The notes under the pieces were generated by a model. That model worked only from the letters and a program-made list of their open reading frames with translations, was not told the origin of the DNA and did no database searches. A stretch of DNA of 64,000 nt from Mobula hypostoma (taxonomy: Eukaryota), in NCBI RefSeq assembly GCF_963921235.1, contig NC_086108.1:8928001-8992000 (forward strand), given 5' to 3'. Positions within the stretch are counted from its first letter, which is position 1. Each line of letters starts with the position of its first letter. This document shows positions 13,241-24,022 of this stretch, piece after piece. The position numbers were made by a program, and so were the translations under genes.

Positions 13241-13955
13241 TTTGCTGCTTTCTCAATGATTTATGTATCAGTTTCAGGATTTGCAGCAGAATTCTGACTT
13301 TGTGTTGATGTTTAACCTTGGCCTCCACTTCAGGCTAAGCCACTGCAGCAGCACTAGATGAGAATTGCTGAGAGCTGGCGTCACACACAACAAGGAACAT
13401 GATCCCAGTTTGGTGTGGGAGGCCAAGACCCTCTCAGTTACCGGGTTGACGGGAGGTAAACCAATGGACACCTCGGTTTCTAAATTCCCTCGGGGCAACC
13501 TCAGTGACTGATCTACACAGCAGAGTCAGGGCTAAGATGGCTTGTGGAAGGCTCTCAGGAACCAGAATCAATTAGAAATGTGCAAAAGAACTTTGGGGCC
13601 ACAAGTGTATCCGTGATAAAGTGCAGAGGAGCGGCCAAGCAAGATGTGGGAGGGAGCTGTGGAAATGGTCTCTGGGCTGTGGGGGTGAGGGCACCCTTAA
13701 CCCTTTACCCACCTTACACCAGAGTCTTCGCTTGATGCACGAATGGGGTTTTAAACAACAGTGTGTAGCTTTGCAAAGGGAACCCATGATCCTGGAGACA
13801 GTCTGGAATCAACACGGATCCAGAATAAGCCCGAGGATCTGTTTATCAGTCACCTGTTTCCACAAAGGCCAATCACCTTCGCCCTTCCCTCAGCCTGCAG
13901 CAACCAGTAATACACTCATCAAGCAGAAGACCCCCAAGTGTTTCCTGTGCAGAGG

Positions 13956-14492
13956 TTACTCAGCCGATCCCACCTGCCTCCTCTTGGATGGGGGGACCAG
14001 GTAACCTGGCAACTCATTGGGCAGCCCGTGGCCGTCCAGCTTGACCTCAATGAGGTGGCTGGCCAAGGCAAACTCCTCGTCATCCAGCATCCCATCCTTA
14101 TCAACGTCAGAGAGTTTCCAGATCTTGCCGAGGACGGAGTTTGGCAGCTTGGTGGTGATCATCCAGTTCTTGGCCTTCACTCCATTGATCTTCCCGTCGG
14201 TGGGCGACAGGTTGTAGAAGATCTCATCATACTTCGGCTTGTCCTTCGTGACGACCCACTCGTCTTCGTCCGTCAACTCGTAGACCCCGTCCCCGATCCC
14301 TTCGATGAAGGGTCCGTTGGAGGTCCCGTCAAATGCTCCACCGTGCACCATCTGTTCCGGCATCCCCAGCTCCTCCTGCCTCACCAGAGGCATCAGCTTG
14401 GCAATCTCATACGTCATCATGTCATCTAGTGACTCCATCATCTTGGGCTTGAGCGAGGGGAACTTGGTGAAATCATGGACCATCAGCTGCTC
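13956..14492 (-). CDS. EHD2: EHD2 last coding exon: linker with GPF motif, EH domain with EF-hand, stop codon
   Basis: Translates as EQLMVHDFTKFPSLKPK...NGPF...EWVVTKDKPKYDEIFYNLSP...KLPNSVLGKIWKLSDVDKDGMLDDEEFALASHLIEVKL...PPSKRRQVGSAE*. Acceptor is ccccaacag|GAG and the stop is TAA at 13958-13956. The C-terminal ...GSAE tail is typical of the EHD2 paralogue. Confidence 0.95.
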   Translation of the reverse strand, partial: EQLMVHDFTKFPSLKPKMMESLDDMMTYEIAKLMPLVRQEELGMPEQMVHGGAFDGTSNGPFIEGIGDGVYELTDEDEWVVTKDKPKYDEIFYNLSPTDGKINGVKAKNWMITTKLPNSVLGKIWKLSDVDKDGMLDDEEFALASHLIEVKLDGHGLPNELPGYLVPPSKRRQVGSAE

Positions 14493-15059
14493 CTGTTGGG
14501 GAAGACATGTTAGGTCAGATCCAAACTTGACCAGCACCCCAAACCCATTACTACCGAAGAGGAACTGTCACATCAAGAAAGTTTTTACTTCTTGAGTTCC
14601 TGCAAGGAAGAGTATCACCCCGCTCTGCTTCATAGAAACCTTCAATGAGCGACGCAAAGACACTGGAGAGCCAGTGGCAAATTCTTGGTCAAAAAAGACC
14701 ATCTTGAACAGCATCTTGAAGTGAGAAAGAGAGAGGGGTGGAGAGAAATGAGATACAGAGGAATTTCTGTATCTAAAGGGTACTGGGTCTACAGAATCGT
14801 CTACACAAGAACAGGCTTCATCGCTGAGCGTTCTGTTTAGAAACTAACGGAAGTTTGACTAGTTTAATCAGATAAAATTACAGCAGGAAAAGGGAAAGGA
14901 AGGACGGAGGGACCAACTCTCCTACTCCTGTTCTTTGGATAAGCTGGCTTTCCCGGAAAATAAACAAATAACGATTCTTATAGTCCTATTGGGGAGGGAA
15001 TTCCAGAGGTCAGTAAAGTTGCTATTTAGGGCCAGTGTTGGGCAATGGCAAACCTTAAG

Positions 15060-15765
15060 GGTCTTACAGAGGGTGCAGAGGAGATTTGCCAGGAAAATGC
15101 CTGGTTTACAGAGCATGTCTCGTGAGGGTAGGTTGGGTGAGCTGGGGCTCTTCTCTTTGGAGCGAAGGAGGATGAGAGGTGACTCGATCAAGGCGTACAA
15201 GATGGTACGAGGCAGATAGAGTGGACAGCCAGAGACTTTTCCCCAGGGTGGAAATGGCTAATATAAGGGGGCATAACATTATTTATTTATTGAGATGTAG
15301 TGCAGAATAGGCACCTCAGGCCACCCACGCCGTGCCCAGTGATCCCCCACTGAACCCCAGCCTAATCACGGGCCAATTGACGATGACCAGTTAACCTCCT
15401 AACACAGGGAAAATGGACAAACTCTTTATAGGCCTGGGCAGGAATTGAACCTGGGTCACTGGTACTGTAAAGTGTTGTGCTAACGTGCCACCCCAAAGCC
15501 GTTGTCTGGGATGGGAAGGGGTTCTGTGGAGAGACTGAAGAAGCTGGGGTTGTTCTTCTCAGAGGAGGGATGGGTATTTATTTATTTATTAGAGACAAAG
15601 CACAAAACAGGCCCTTCCATCCCAATGAACTGCACCACCCAGCAATCCCCCAATTTAATCCTGACCTAATCACGGGACAACTTACAATGACCAGTTAACC
15701 TACTAACCGTCATGTCTTTGGACTGTGGGAGGAAACCAGAGCACCCGGAGGAAACCCACGCGTTC
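15060..15765. mobile_element. CR1 fragment (+, 15060-15280) followed by two V-SINE-like copies (-, ~15280-15500 and ~15575-15765)
   Basis: The CR1 part encodes RVQRRFARKMPG...RMRGD. The SINEs have (ttta)n tails and the reverse V-domain ctttggactgtgggaggaaaccagagcacccggaggaaacccacg. Confidence 0.7.
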
Positions 15766-15769
15766 TGCA

Positions 15770-16160
15770 GTTTGTTCATTCTGCGCTGTGTCGTATGATT
15801 TGGGCGATCATGGTCTTATCCATGACCATGATTGCTCTTGGCAAATTTTCCTATAGAACTTGTTTGCCATTGCCTTCTTCTGGGCAGTGTCTTTACAAGA
15901 CCGGTGACCCCAGCCACTATCAATACCCTTCATAGGTTGTCTGTCTCGTCAGTGGTTGCATAACCAGGACGTGATATGCACCAGCAGCTCATACCAGCAT
16001 CCACCACCTCCGACCATGTCTTCACGTGATCGGGGCGGCGAGGAGAGGAGGGGGGACTAAGCAGGTACTACACCTTGCCCAAGGGTGACCTGCAGGCTAG
16101 AGGAGGGAAGGAGCACCTTACACCTCCTTTGGTAGCTACGTATCTCCACCCCACCACCTG
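15770..16160 (-). mobile_element. RTE-related short element (family A), near full length
   Basis: Reverse complement of 18770-19150. Confidence 0.7.
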
Positions 16161-16912
16161 CTGCTCTATAGAGGCGGACAAAATCATAGAAATTAAGAAG
16201 CTGCTAGGGTCAGTAATTAGAGGGCATGGACTGAGTTGGAGGAAGGAGACTATCACATTCATCCTGTGGGTTGCTGGCATCTGGGGCAGACTGGGATGGA
16301 CAGTGGACACAGACTCAACAGGAACTTTCAGAGGCAAGGTGGCGATCACTGGGGGAAGAGACTGGAGATGCAACAAAAACAATTGGCCGGAAGAACTCGG
16401 GGGTGGGGGGGGTCAAGCAGCAACTGTGGGAGAAAAGGAATTGTCAATGTTTCCAGTCAAAACCTTTGCCCAAAATGACATTCCCTGTCCTACCAAAGAT
16501 GCTGCTCGAGCTACTGAGATCTCCCAGCAAGTCGCTTGTTGCTGGGAGAAGGAGTGGGGAGAGGGCCAGGTGGATGTACTGGGATGAAATCATCTCCACC
16601 ACCATTGAACCTTTACCCAGACCTCAGCAATAATCTGTATAGCGGAGTTGAGGCTGTCTGTCACCCTTCCCCAGCACCAACATCCCACTGCTGCTTGAAG
16701 GGAAGTCGGTGTGGAATGTGCAAAGAATGTGTTCGAAAGGGCAGTAGAGAAATGCCAAAATGGGCGCAATAGGTTATGAACCTGTGGGCAAAGAGCAGGG
16801 GCTCTGGGACAAATTTGACACTAATGGACCAGCACAAGCACGATGGCCCAAATGGCCTCAGTGTTCCATGTACGATTTGATGTTGCTGTGAATTGTCTGC
16901 AGACATTTCACG

Positions 16913-17425
16913 TGGCACGGTAGCTTAGGGGTTAGTGCATTGCTTTAGAATGCCAGTGGTCCACCGATCAGGACTCAAATCCTGTCGATGTCTATAAGGG
17001 GTTGGTACGTTCTCCGCGTGACCGTGTCGGGTTTCCTCCGGGTGCTCCGGTTTCCTCCCACATTCCAAGGGCGTATGGGTTAGGGTTTGTTACGTGTGCG
17101 TGGAACCGAGTAGTATAGTTAAACGTTTTGACTGAGTGATGGTAGTAACGGTACACATCGGGCACCTTACAGTGTGGGAGCAATGAACTGGGCCCGCCGA
17201 CACTAGGAAACCTGCACAGAGAAGAGAGTGACAGCCCTCCGCACGTAGGAGGCCCAGTCGATTCGCTGTATGGACAACCGGCCGCACGTATTCTCACCAT
17301 CGATCCGACACAGTTCAGCGGTAGTGAGGTGTGGGCTTGCCCCCAGCAAATCCTCGGGCTGTGTTGGTCAAATGCACAAGCTACGCATTTCACTGTACGT
17401 TTCGATGTACGTGTGACGTAAAGCT
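16913..17425 (+). mobile_element. tRNA-derived V-SINE (HE1-like) carrying a ~235-bp insertion
   Basis: A-box-like tggcacggtagc and B-box-like gactcaaatcc. V-domain gggtttcctccgggtgctccggtttcctcccaca. The 3' part gcatttcactgtacgtttcgatgtac is shared with other copies. Confidence 0.8.
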
Positions 17426-17439
17426 GAGCTCTGGTGTGG

Positions 17440-17851
17440 TGCCTCCAAGAGGACCAGGGGATCACAACCTTGTCTTAGGGTTTGGGAGCCATGTTGGCTG
17501 GAGTAAGGGCTTTATGCTTTGGCTCTTGGTAGGGTCACCCATGCCAAACAGGTCAAAGGGTAGAGACCAGACCAAGAGCGGTCCAGCTGGTCCTCCAGGT
17601 TTGGAGGTTCAGCTCAGGGCGAACAACCCTGGCTGGTAAAACAAAACTGTTGCAAAAACAGCAATGAAGAATCCTTCTACATCTGAGTGTGATGGTATTC
17701 GTGAGCATGCAGCTGAGACTTGTGTGACTGACAGTAGTGAAAACTGAGAGGAAGCTACTGACACGATGAAGGAAGCCCTGAACACCGCCAGAGACAGAGG
17801 ACCTTCATTACTGCCCTAAATGCCAGTGGCGTAACGGGCAGTAGGTAGGTT
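17440..17851 (+). mobile_element. RTE-related short element (family C), ending ~24 nt from the exon 5 donor
   Basis: Collinear with 12060-12402. Tail is gtaggtaggt. Confidence 0.7.
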
Positions 17852-17874
17852 TGGTGTGGCCGAATTGCACTCAC

Positions 17875-18039
17875 CTGCATTTTTGTGCAGTCTGGAAAGT
17901 CTCCTGGAGAGATGTGATGCTCCAACTGGATCTTGGCGAATATATGCCCCAGTTTCGAAATCAACTGCTTCTTCTTATTTTCCTTCCCGAACACAGACGG
18001 CATCTCCTTCTTCAGGTAGCTCATGATATAGGCATGGAC
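17875..18039 (-). CDS. EHD2: EHD2 coding exon (exon 5 equivalent): helical domain with the lipid-binding tip
   Basis: Translates as VHAYIMSYLKKEMPSVFGKENKKKQLISKLGHIFAKIQLEHHISPGDFPDCTKMQ. Acceptor is (ct)n gcccgcag|GTC and donor is CAG|gtgagt. It is 165 nt, phase 0-0, and in frame with both neighbouring exons. Confidence 0.96.
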
Positions 18040-18119
18040 CTGCGGGCAGAGAGAGAGAGAGGCTGAACGCACTGCTGCCCAACAGCTCTTGACACACATC
18101 ACCCTGGTCAGTCGTACCT

Positions 18120-18520
18120 GAGAGGCTACCCCCACAAATAATAACAAACATAATGTACTGGTCCGAAGTGGAGACTGCCTCACACACGACGTAGGACAGA
18201 TGGGGAGAAAACTACCCACGAGACTACGTGAATATCAGCTAGCCATAGGAAGACCCGGTCCTCTGTCACTCATCTCAGCACATGAAGCCCCAGAAGGTCA
18301 CAAGTTCATCTGGGAAACTATAAAGATCCTGGCTGAAGCACAAAGAAAGAAATCAAGAGAATCCTTAGAAGCTTGGTTCTCAGCGGTAGACTATTAACAA
18401 GCGTATTGAATGGACGCAATTTACAAACCGATGTGTCTGCGGGAGCAAGACCGAGGGGTGAGCAGCGGACACCCGATGAACCGACACTCACAATGACCGA
18501 TAACCAGAGGTACGGGCCAG
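18120..18520 (+). mobile_element. Penelope-like element GIY-YIG endonuclease remnant
   Basis: Encodes (H)DVGQMGRKLPTRLREYQLAI...SLISAHE..EGHKFIWETIKILAEA.RKKSRESLEAWFS, matching the YVGQT...R..EH...RE.LEAW pattern of Penelope endonuclease C-termini. Confidence 0.75.
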
Positions 18521-18769
18521 TGGAGAAAGACGTAGGGTCAAAGGGGGTACATGCAGACTTCACAAGGACAGTGCGAGAACTAAGGATCGAACCTGCGCCC
18601 TGAGAGACGGCAGCTCCACGGTCTGCACAGCCGGATGAGCTGGGTCCGTTCCAGAAGAGCGGAGAAGGTTAAGAAGATAATGTCCAAACTCACAAAGTTT
18701 CTGTTACTGCAAAATGTGTTATGAATCTTCAAGGATCAACTTTATTTGCCAGATATAGTTACATGAATT

Positions 18770-19152
18770 AGGTGGCGGGGAGGAAATAGGTCTCTGCCAA
18801 AGGAGGTAGAAGGTGCTTCTTCCCTCCACTAGTCAGCAGATCACTGTTGGGCAGGGTGTAGCACCAGTTTAGCCCCCCTGCCACACCCTCCCCATCAGGG
18901 TCATGTGAAGCCATGGGATGGTCATATGAGCAGCTGGTGCAGATCACAAGTCCGGTTATGTGACCACTGACACCAGGCAGACAATCTCTGAAGAGTATTG
19001 ATAATGGCTGGGGTCACCCACCTTGTAAAGACACTGCCCAGAAGGCGGCAATGGCAAACCACTTTTGTGGAAAAATATGCCAAGAACAATCATGGTCATG
19101 GAAAGACCATGATCGCCCACATCATACAACATGGCGCATAATGATGGTGATG
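18770..19152 (+). mobile_element. RTE-related short element (family A), full length
   Basis: Third copy of this family in the window. Contains ggcaatggcaaaccact...gccaagaacaatcatgg and has a (gat)n tail. Confidence 0.7.
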
Positions 19153-19719
19153 ATTAGAGTTGCTGTTGTGTGTTAGAACATAGAAAATTACAGCACAGTA
19201 CAGGCCCTTCGGCCCACAATGTTGTGCTGACCTTTTAACCTACTCTAAAATCAATTTAACCCTTCCCTCCCACATATCTCTCCAGTTTCACTGGTGTGAC
19301 ATGCAACAAAAACATTAAACAATTGTAGAGAATAAAAAATTAGATTAAGAAGACATAGTTAGAAGTGTAGATATGGAATAAAATCTGCATAAATATATAA
19401 TTACCAGCATGTATTTACAATGTAAACAACATTATAAGAAGTGGTTTAAAGTATCTGCAGAGCAGTGACTAGAATGGTTGATCAGATTAACTGCTGGGGG
19501 TGGGGGGGGGAAGGAAATGTTTAAGATGGCTTGAAGATTTTGTTTTAATAGCCCTATAGCATTTTCCAGAAGGGAGCTTTTGGATGAGACAGTTTGCTGG
19601 GCAGGTCAAAAGGCAAAGCTAGTGTCTTTGGAGATATTGTAAGAGCTGGCATAGATGGCGAGCAGAGTGATCTCCTGGGTCATGAGACACTGTGGCCAAG
19701 AACAATCGTAGTCATGGAT

Positions 19720-20260
19720 TGAGCATTCTAACTGATGGCATCACTGTCTGGTACGGGGGAGCGGGGCAGGGCACAGGATCGGAAAAAGCTGCTGCAGCAA
19801 GTTGTAAACTCAGTCAGCTCCATCATGGGCCCCAGCATCGAGGACACCTTCAAAAGCTGAAGCCTCAAAAGGGCGGTATCCATCGCTGAGGACCCCCATC
19901 ACCCAGGACATGCCCCCTTCTCACTGTTACCATCAGGGGGGAAGTACAGGAGCCTGAAGGCACACACGCAATGATTCAGGAACAGCTTCTTCCCCTCCGC
20001 CATCTGATTTCTGAATGGACACTGAACCCATGAACACAACCTTGTCAACGTAAACGTGAGGAATTCTGCAGATGCTGGAAATTCAAGCAACACACATCAA
20101 AGTTGCTGGTGAACGCAGCAGGCCAGGCAGCATCTCTAGGAAGAGGTACAGTCAACTGTAACACTATCTTGTATTGTTTTCCTTTTTCTCTCCTCTCTTT
20201 TTGCACTAATTCACTTAATTTTTATATATACTTCTTACTGTAATTTATAGTTTTATTTAT
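19720..20260 (+). mobile_element. Rex1/Babar 3' fragment interrupted by a Penelope-end-derived insert at ~20046-20159
   Basis: Encodes SILTDGITVWYG. The insert is nearly identical to 34612-34720. Confidence 0.75.
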
Positions 20261-20857
20261 ATATATAAAACATCAATTAGCAGCAGGTGGAGGGGAATGG
20301 GAGCAGCCTGATGCAGAGGGAGAATTACCAGCCCGTGCCAAGCGATGAATCACCTTCGTTGCTGTAAAGACATCAAGAATTTAACAAAATCGAGGCATGG
20401 TGCAATCTTCTCCAGCTGGCAGCAGGAAGATCCACATACACATCCAGTTCTGGTGAGTTTGAGCAGCAAGGTAACAAAAGCCAAGTGGTATCAATCAGCA
20501 CAGGAGCTACGGTTTCAGGAGCTTCCAGGAGGCATCCGCTCTTGACAGCAGCAGAGGCATAGCATCAGCCTGAGCCAGGGGCCAGGGATGGCTTCAAAGT
20601 ACCCTCAATCTATGACAGGGGAACTCCCATTTCCTGGCCATATTTTAAATTTCTGGAGCTTTAAGAAAAAACAATGGCTGCAGGATTCTGGGGAAATAGT
20701 CTCTCTCTCTCTCTCCCTTATCCCTCTTGTTCTCTCTTTTACACTCTTCTCTTTTCAGTCCCACACCTTTCTTCCTCCCTCATGCTTGCCCTGCTGCTTC
20801 CCCATTCCTTTTCCCCACCCAGTCCCTTCAGTCTCTTCGGCTAGAAGATGGCACCTC

Positions 20858-21632
20858 TGACAGTGTGACCTTCCCTCAGTACCACTCCTCCCACAGTGTG
20901 ACCCTCCCTCAGTACCACCCCTCCCACAGTGTGACCCTCCCTCACTGCCACCCCTCCCACAGTGTGACCCTCACTATCACCCTCCCAAAGTGTGACTCTC
21001 CCCCAGTCCCGCCCCTCCCACAGTGTGATCCTCCCTCACTACCACCCCTCCCACAGTGTGACCCTCCCTCAGTACCACCCCTCCCACAGTGTGTCCCTCC
21101 CTCACTACCACCCCTCCCACAGTGTGTCCCTCCCTCACTACCACCCCTCCCACAGTGTGACCCTCCCTCAGTAACACCCCTCCCACAGTGTGACTCTCCT
21201 TCAGTACCTCCCCTCCCACAGTGTGACCCTCTCTCACTACCACCCCCCCACAGTGTGACCCTCTCTCAGTACCACCCCTCCCACAGTATGACCCTCCCTC
21301 AGCACCACCCCTCCCACAGTGTGACCCTCCCTCAGTACCACCCCTCCCACAGTATGACCCTCCCTCAGCACCACCCCTCCCACAGTGTGACCCTCCCTCA
21401 GTACCACCCCTCCCACAGTATGACCCTCCCTCAGCACCACCCCTCCCACAGTGTGACCCTCCCTCAGTACCACCCCTCCCACAGTATGACCCTCCCTCAG
21501 TACCACCCCTCCCACAGTGTGACTCTCCCTCAGAACAACCCCTCCCACAGTGTGACTCTCCCTCAGTACTGTCCCTCCCACAGTATGACCCTCCCTCACT
21601 GCCACCCCTCCCACAGTGTGACTCTCCCTCAG
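20858..21632. repeat. 33-bp minisatellite, about 23 copies
   Basis: Unit cacagtgtgaccctccctcagtaccacccctcc, which produces the spurious [13 protein letters not shown]s. Confidence 0.95.
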
Positions 21633-22129
21633 AACTGCTCTGGAATTCCAGATTGGTTTTTTTACAGTGGTCTGTGATTAATGTTTGAACTACTGTTCTT
21701 CAGATCAAAGGCTGTGCCTGGCACCGCCTGATCTTGTCCCCACCCCTGGCTCAGATTGATTTGTTGTTTACAGGCATTTCACCAGGAAAGCATGAACATG
21801 TTTGTGATGTGTGAGTGCCTGTGAGATAATGCAGTCTTCTAAAAAGGATGTCCAAACTTGCCTTGGATTACATTCCTGGCAGCTGGACAAAAATGTGGGA
21901 GATCTGCCGATCTGTGAAAGCTGCAGCTGGATTAAAGCCCCAGGAGCAAACAGCTCACTGCTGTTTGCAAACTGTTTTCCCTTTTCCATGAAGTCTCTGA
22001 GGTGAGGAAGGAGATGATTTAGACCGAGCCCTGGGTCACCCACACCAGGAGTGGTCCAGGAAAACCCACCTCAAAGAGGAGCCAGCAGCCTCAGGTAGGG
22101 TGCTGGGCCCAGCATGAATGTTCAATTAT

Positions 22130-22815
22130 GAAGAACGCACAGCAATGCCTCTGCTTCCTTAGGTGTTTGTGAATATCCAGCATGACATCGAAAACTTTGA
22201 CAAACTTCTATAGATGTGTAGTCGACAGTATATTGACTGGCTGCATCATAGCCTGGTATAGAAACACCAATGCCTTGAATGGAAAATCCTACAAAAAGTA
22301 GATTTGTCCCAGTCCATCACAGGTAAAGCTCTCCGTACCTTTGAGCGCATCTACGTGAAACGCTGTCATAGGAAGCACCCATCATCAGGAATCCCCACCA
22401 CCCAGGCCGTGCTCTCCTCTCACTGCTGCCATCAGGTAGAAGGTATAAGAGCCTTAGGACTCACATCACCAGGTTCAGGAACAGTTGGTTCTTGAAGCAA
22501 AGGAGATAACTTCACTCAAATTCACTTGCCCCATCATTGAAATGTTTCCATAACAATGGACTCACTTTCAAGGCCTCTTCATCTCATATTCTCGATATTT
22601 ATTGTTGATTTATTTATTATTATTATTTCTTTGTTCTTGTATTTGCACGATTTGTTGTTTTTTTCACACTGGTTGCACGCTCCAACTGGTGCAGTCTTCC
22701 ATTGGTTTTGTTATGGTAATTATTCTACGGATTTATTGAGTTTGCCCACAAGAAAATGAATCTCGGGGTTGTATGTGATGACAGATGGGTACTTCGATAA
22801 TAAGTTTACTCTGAA
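22130..22815 (+). mobile_element. Rex1/Babar LINE 3' fragment
   Basis: Contains an NFYRCVVDSILTGCIIAWY-like segment and a 3' UTR ending gataataagtttactctgaac. Confidence 0.75.
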
Positions 22816-23743
22816 CTATGGATTTATCTATTTATTTAGCGATACAGGCCCTCCCAGTCCAATGACCCGCACTGCCCAGCAGCCCACCTATTTAACCCTG
22901 GCCTGACCACAAGACAATTCACAATGGCCAGTTGACCCACTCTCCCGCACATCTTTGGACTATGGGAGGAAACTCGAGTAGCCACATGGTTCACGTGGAG
23001 AACCTGTGGGTTCAGTCCCGTGGGCCAGTGGGTGGTGTTCACACCCCTTAGCGGGGGCTAGACTCATAGAGCACTAACACCAAGGGCTCAAATCCAATTC
23101 TGTGAAATGGGGTCAATTTACATATCTCGTTGTTAGATAGACGTCACAGACATGATGGGCCAAATGGTCTGTTTTGTGCTGTATATAATTCGAACATATA
23201 ACACAGACCAGTACAGTGCAGGAACAGGCCCCTTGACCCACAATGTTCTGCCAAACCGGCTAAAAATCAAATCAAAAACACTAATCCCTCCTACCTTCAC
23301 CATGTCCATATCCCCACATCTTCCTCACATCCATGTGCCTATCCAAATATCTCTTAAAAGCCTCTAACATACTTGCCTCTACCACCATATCAGTCAGCAC
23401 ATTCCAGGCATCCCCCACCCTCTCAGTAAAAAACTTAACCCTCATATCCCCCCTTAATATATCCCTCTCAATTTCAATGCATGCCTACCCTGAGATTCTA
23501 GGGTCTAGCTATGCAAACAGGGTGTTGCCTTTCCAACAACAGAGACCAGGCCTCAACAAGTTCCCCAGGAGCAGGATGTGATCAAAGACCCCTCACCATC
23601 CAGGCCATGCTCTCCATGCAAGTTCTCACGGAGAGGAAATTGCCTCTACTAAAACGAAACATGTTCCCCCGTAGCAGGATGAGATCAAAGAACCTCACCA
23701 TCCAAGCCCTATTCAAACTGCTACCATCAGGCAGGAGGTACAG

Positions 23744-24022
23744 GAGCCTCAGGTCCACACCACCAGGTTCAGGAACAGTTATTACCCCACAACCATCAGG
23801 CTCCTGAACCAGTGTGGATAACTTCACTCACCACAATGAGCCTCAGGTCCCACACCACCAGGTTCAGGAACAGTTATTACCCCACAACCATCAGGCTCCT
23901 GAACCAGTGTGGATAACTTCACTCACCACAATGAGCCTCAGGTCCCACACCACCAGGTTCAGGAACAGTTATTACCCCACAACCATCAGGCTCCTGAACC
24001 AGTGTGGATAACTTCACTCACC
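23744..24022 (+). repeat. 95-bp tandem repeat x3 inside a Rex1/Babar 3' end
   Basis: Unit gagcctcaggtcccacaccaccaggttcaggaacagttattaccccacaaccatcaggctcctgaaccagtgtggataacttcactcaccacaat starts at 23744, 23838 and 23933. Confidence 0.92.

Noticed and set aside
13938..14429. Plus-strand ORFs overlapping EHD2 exons (also 49820-50302)
   Set aside because: These are antisense shadows of GC3-rich coding sequence with no independent evidence.
16913..16990. tRNA gene (also 44233-44295)
   Set aside because: A and B boxes are present but there is no complete cloverleaf, and the sequence continues into a SINE body.
20727..21677. 316-aa Pro/His/Ser-rich ORF and similar ORFs at 47300-49650
   Set aside because: These are translations of a 33-bp stop-free minisatellite that is open in several frames on both strands.
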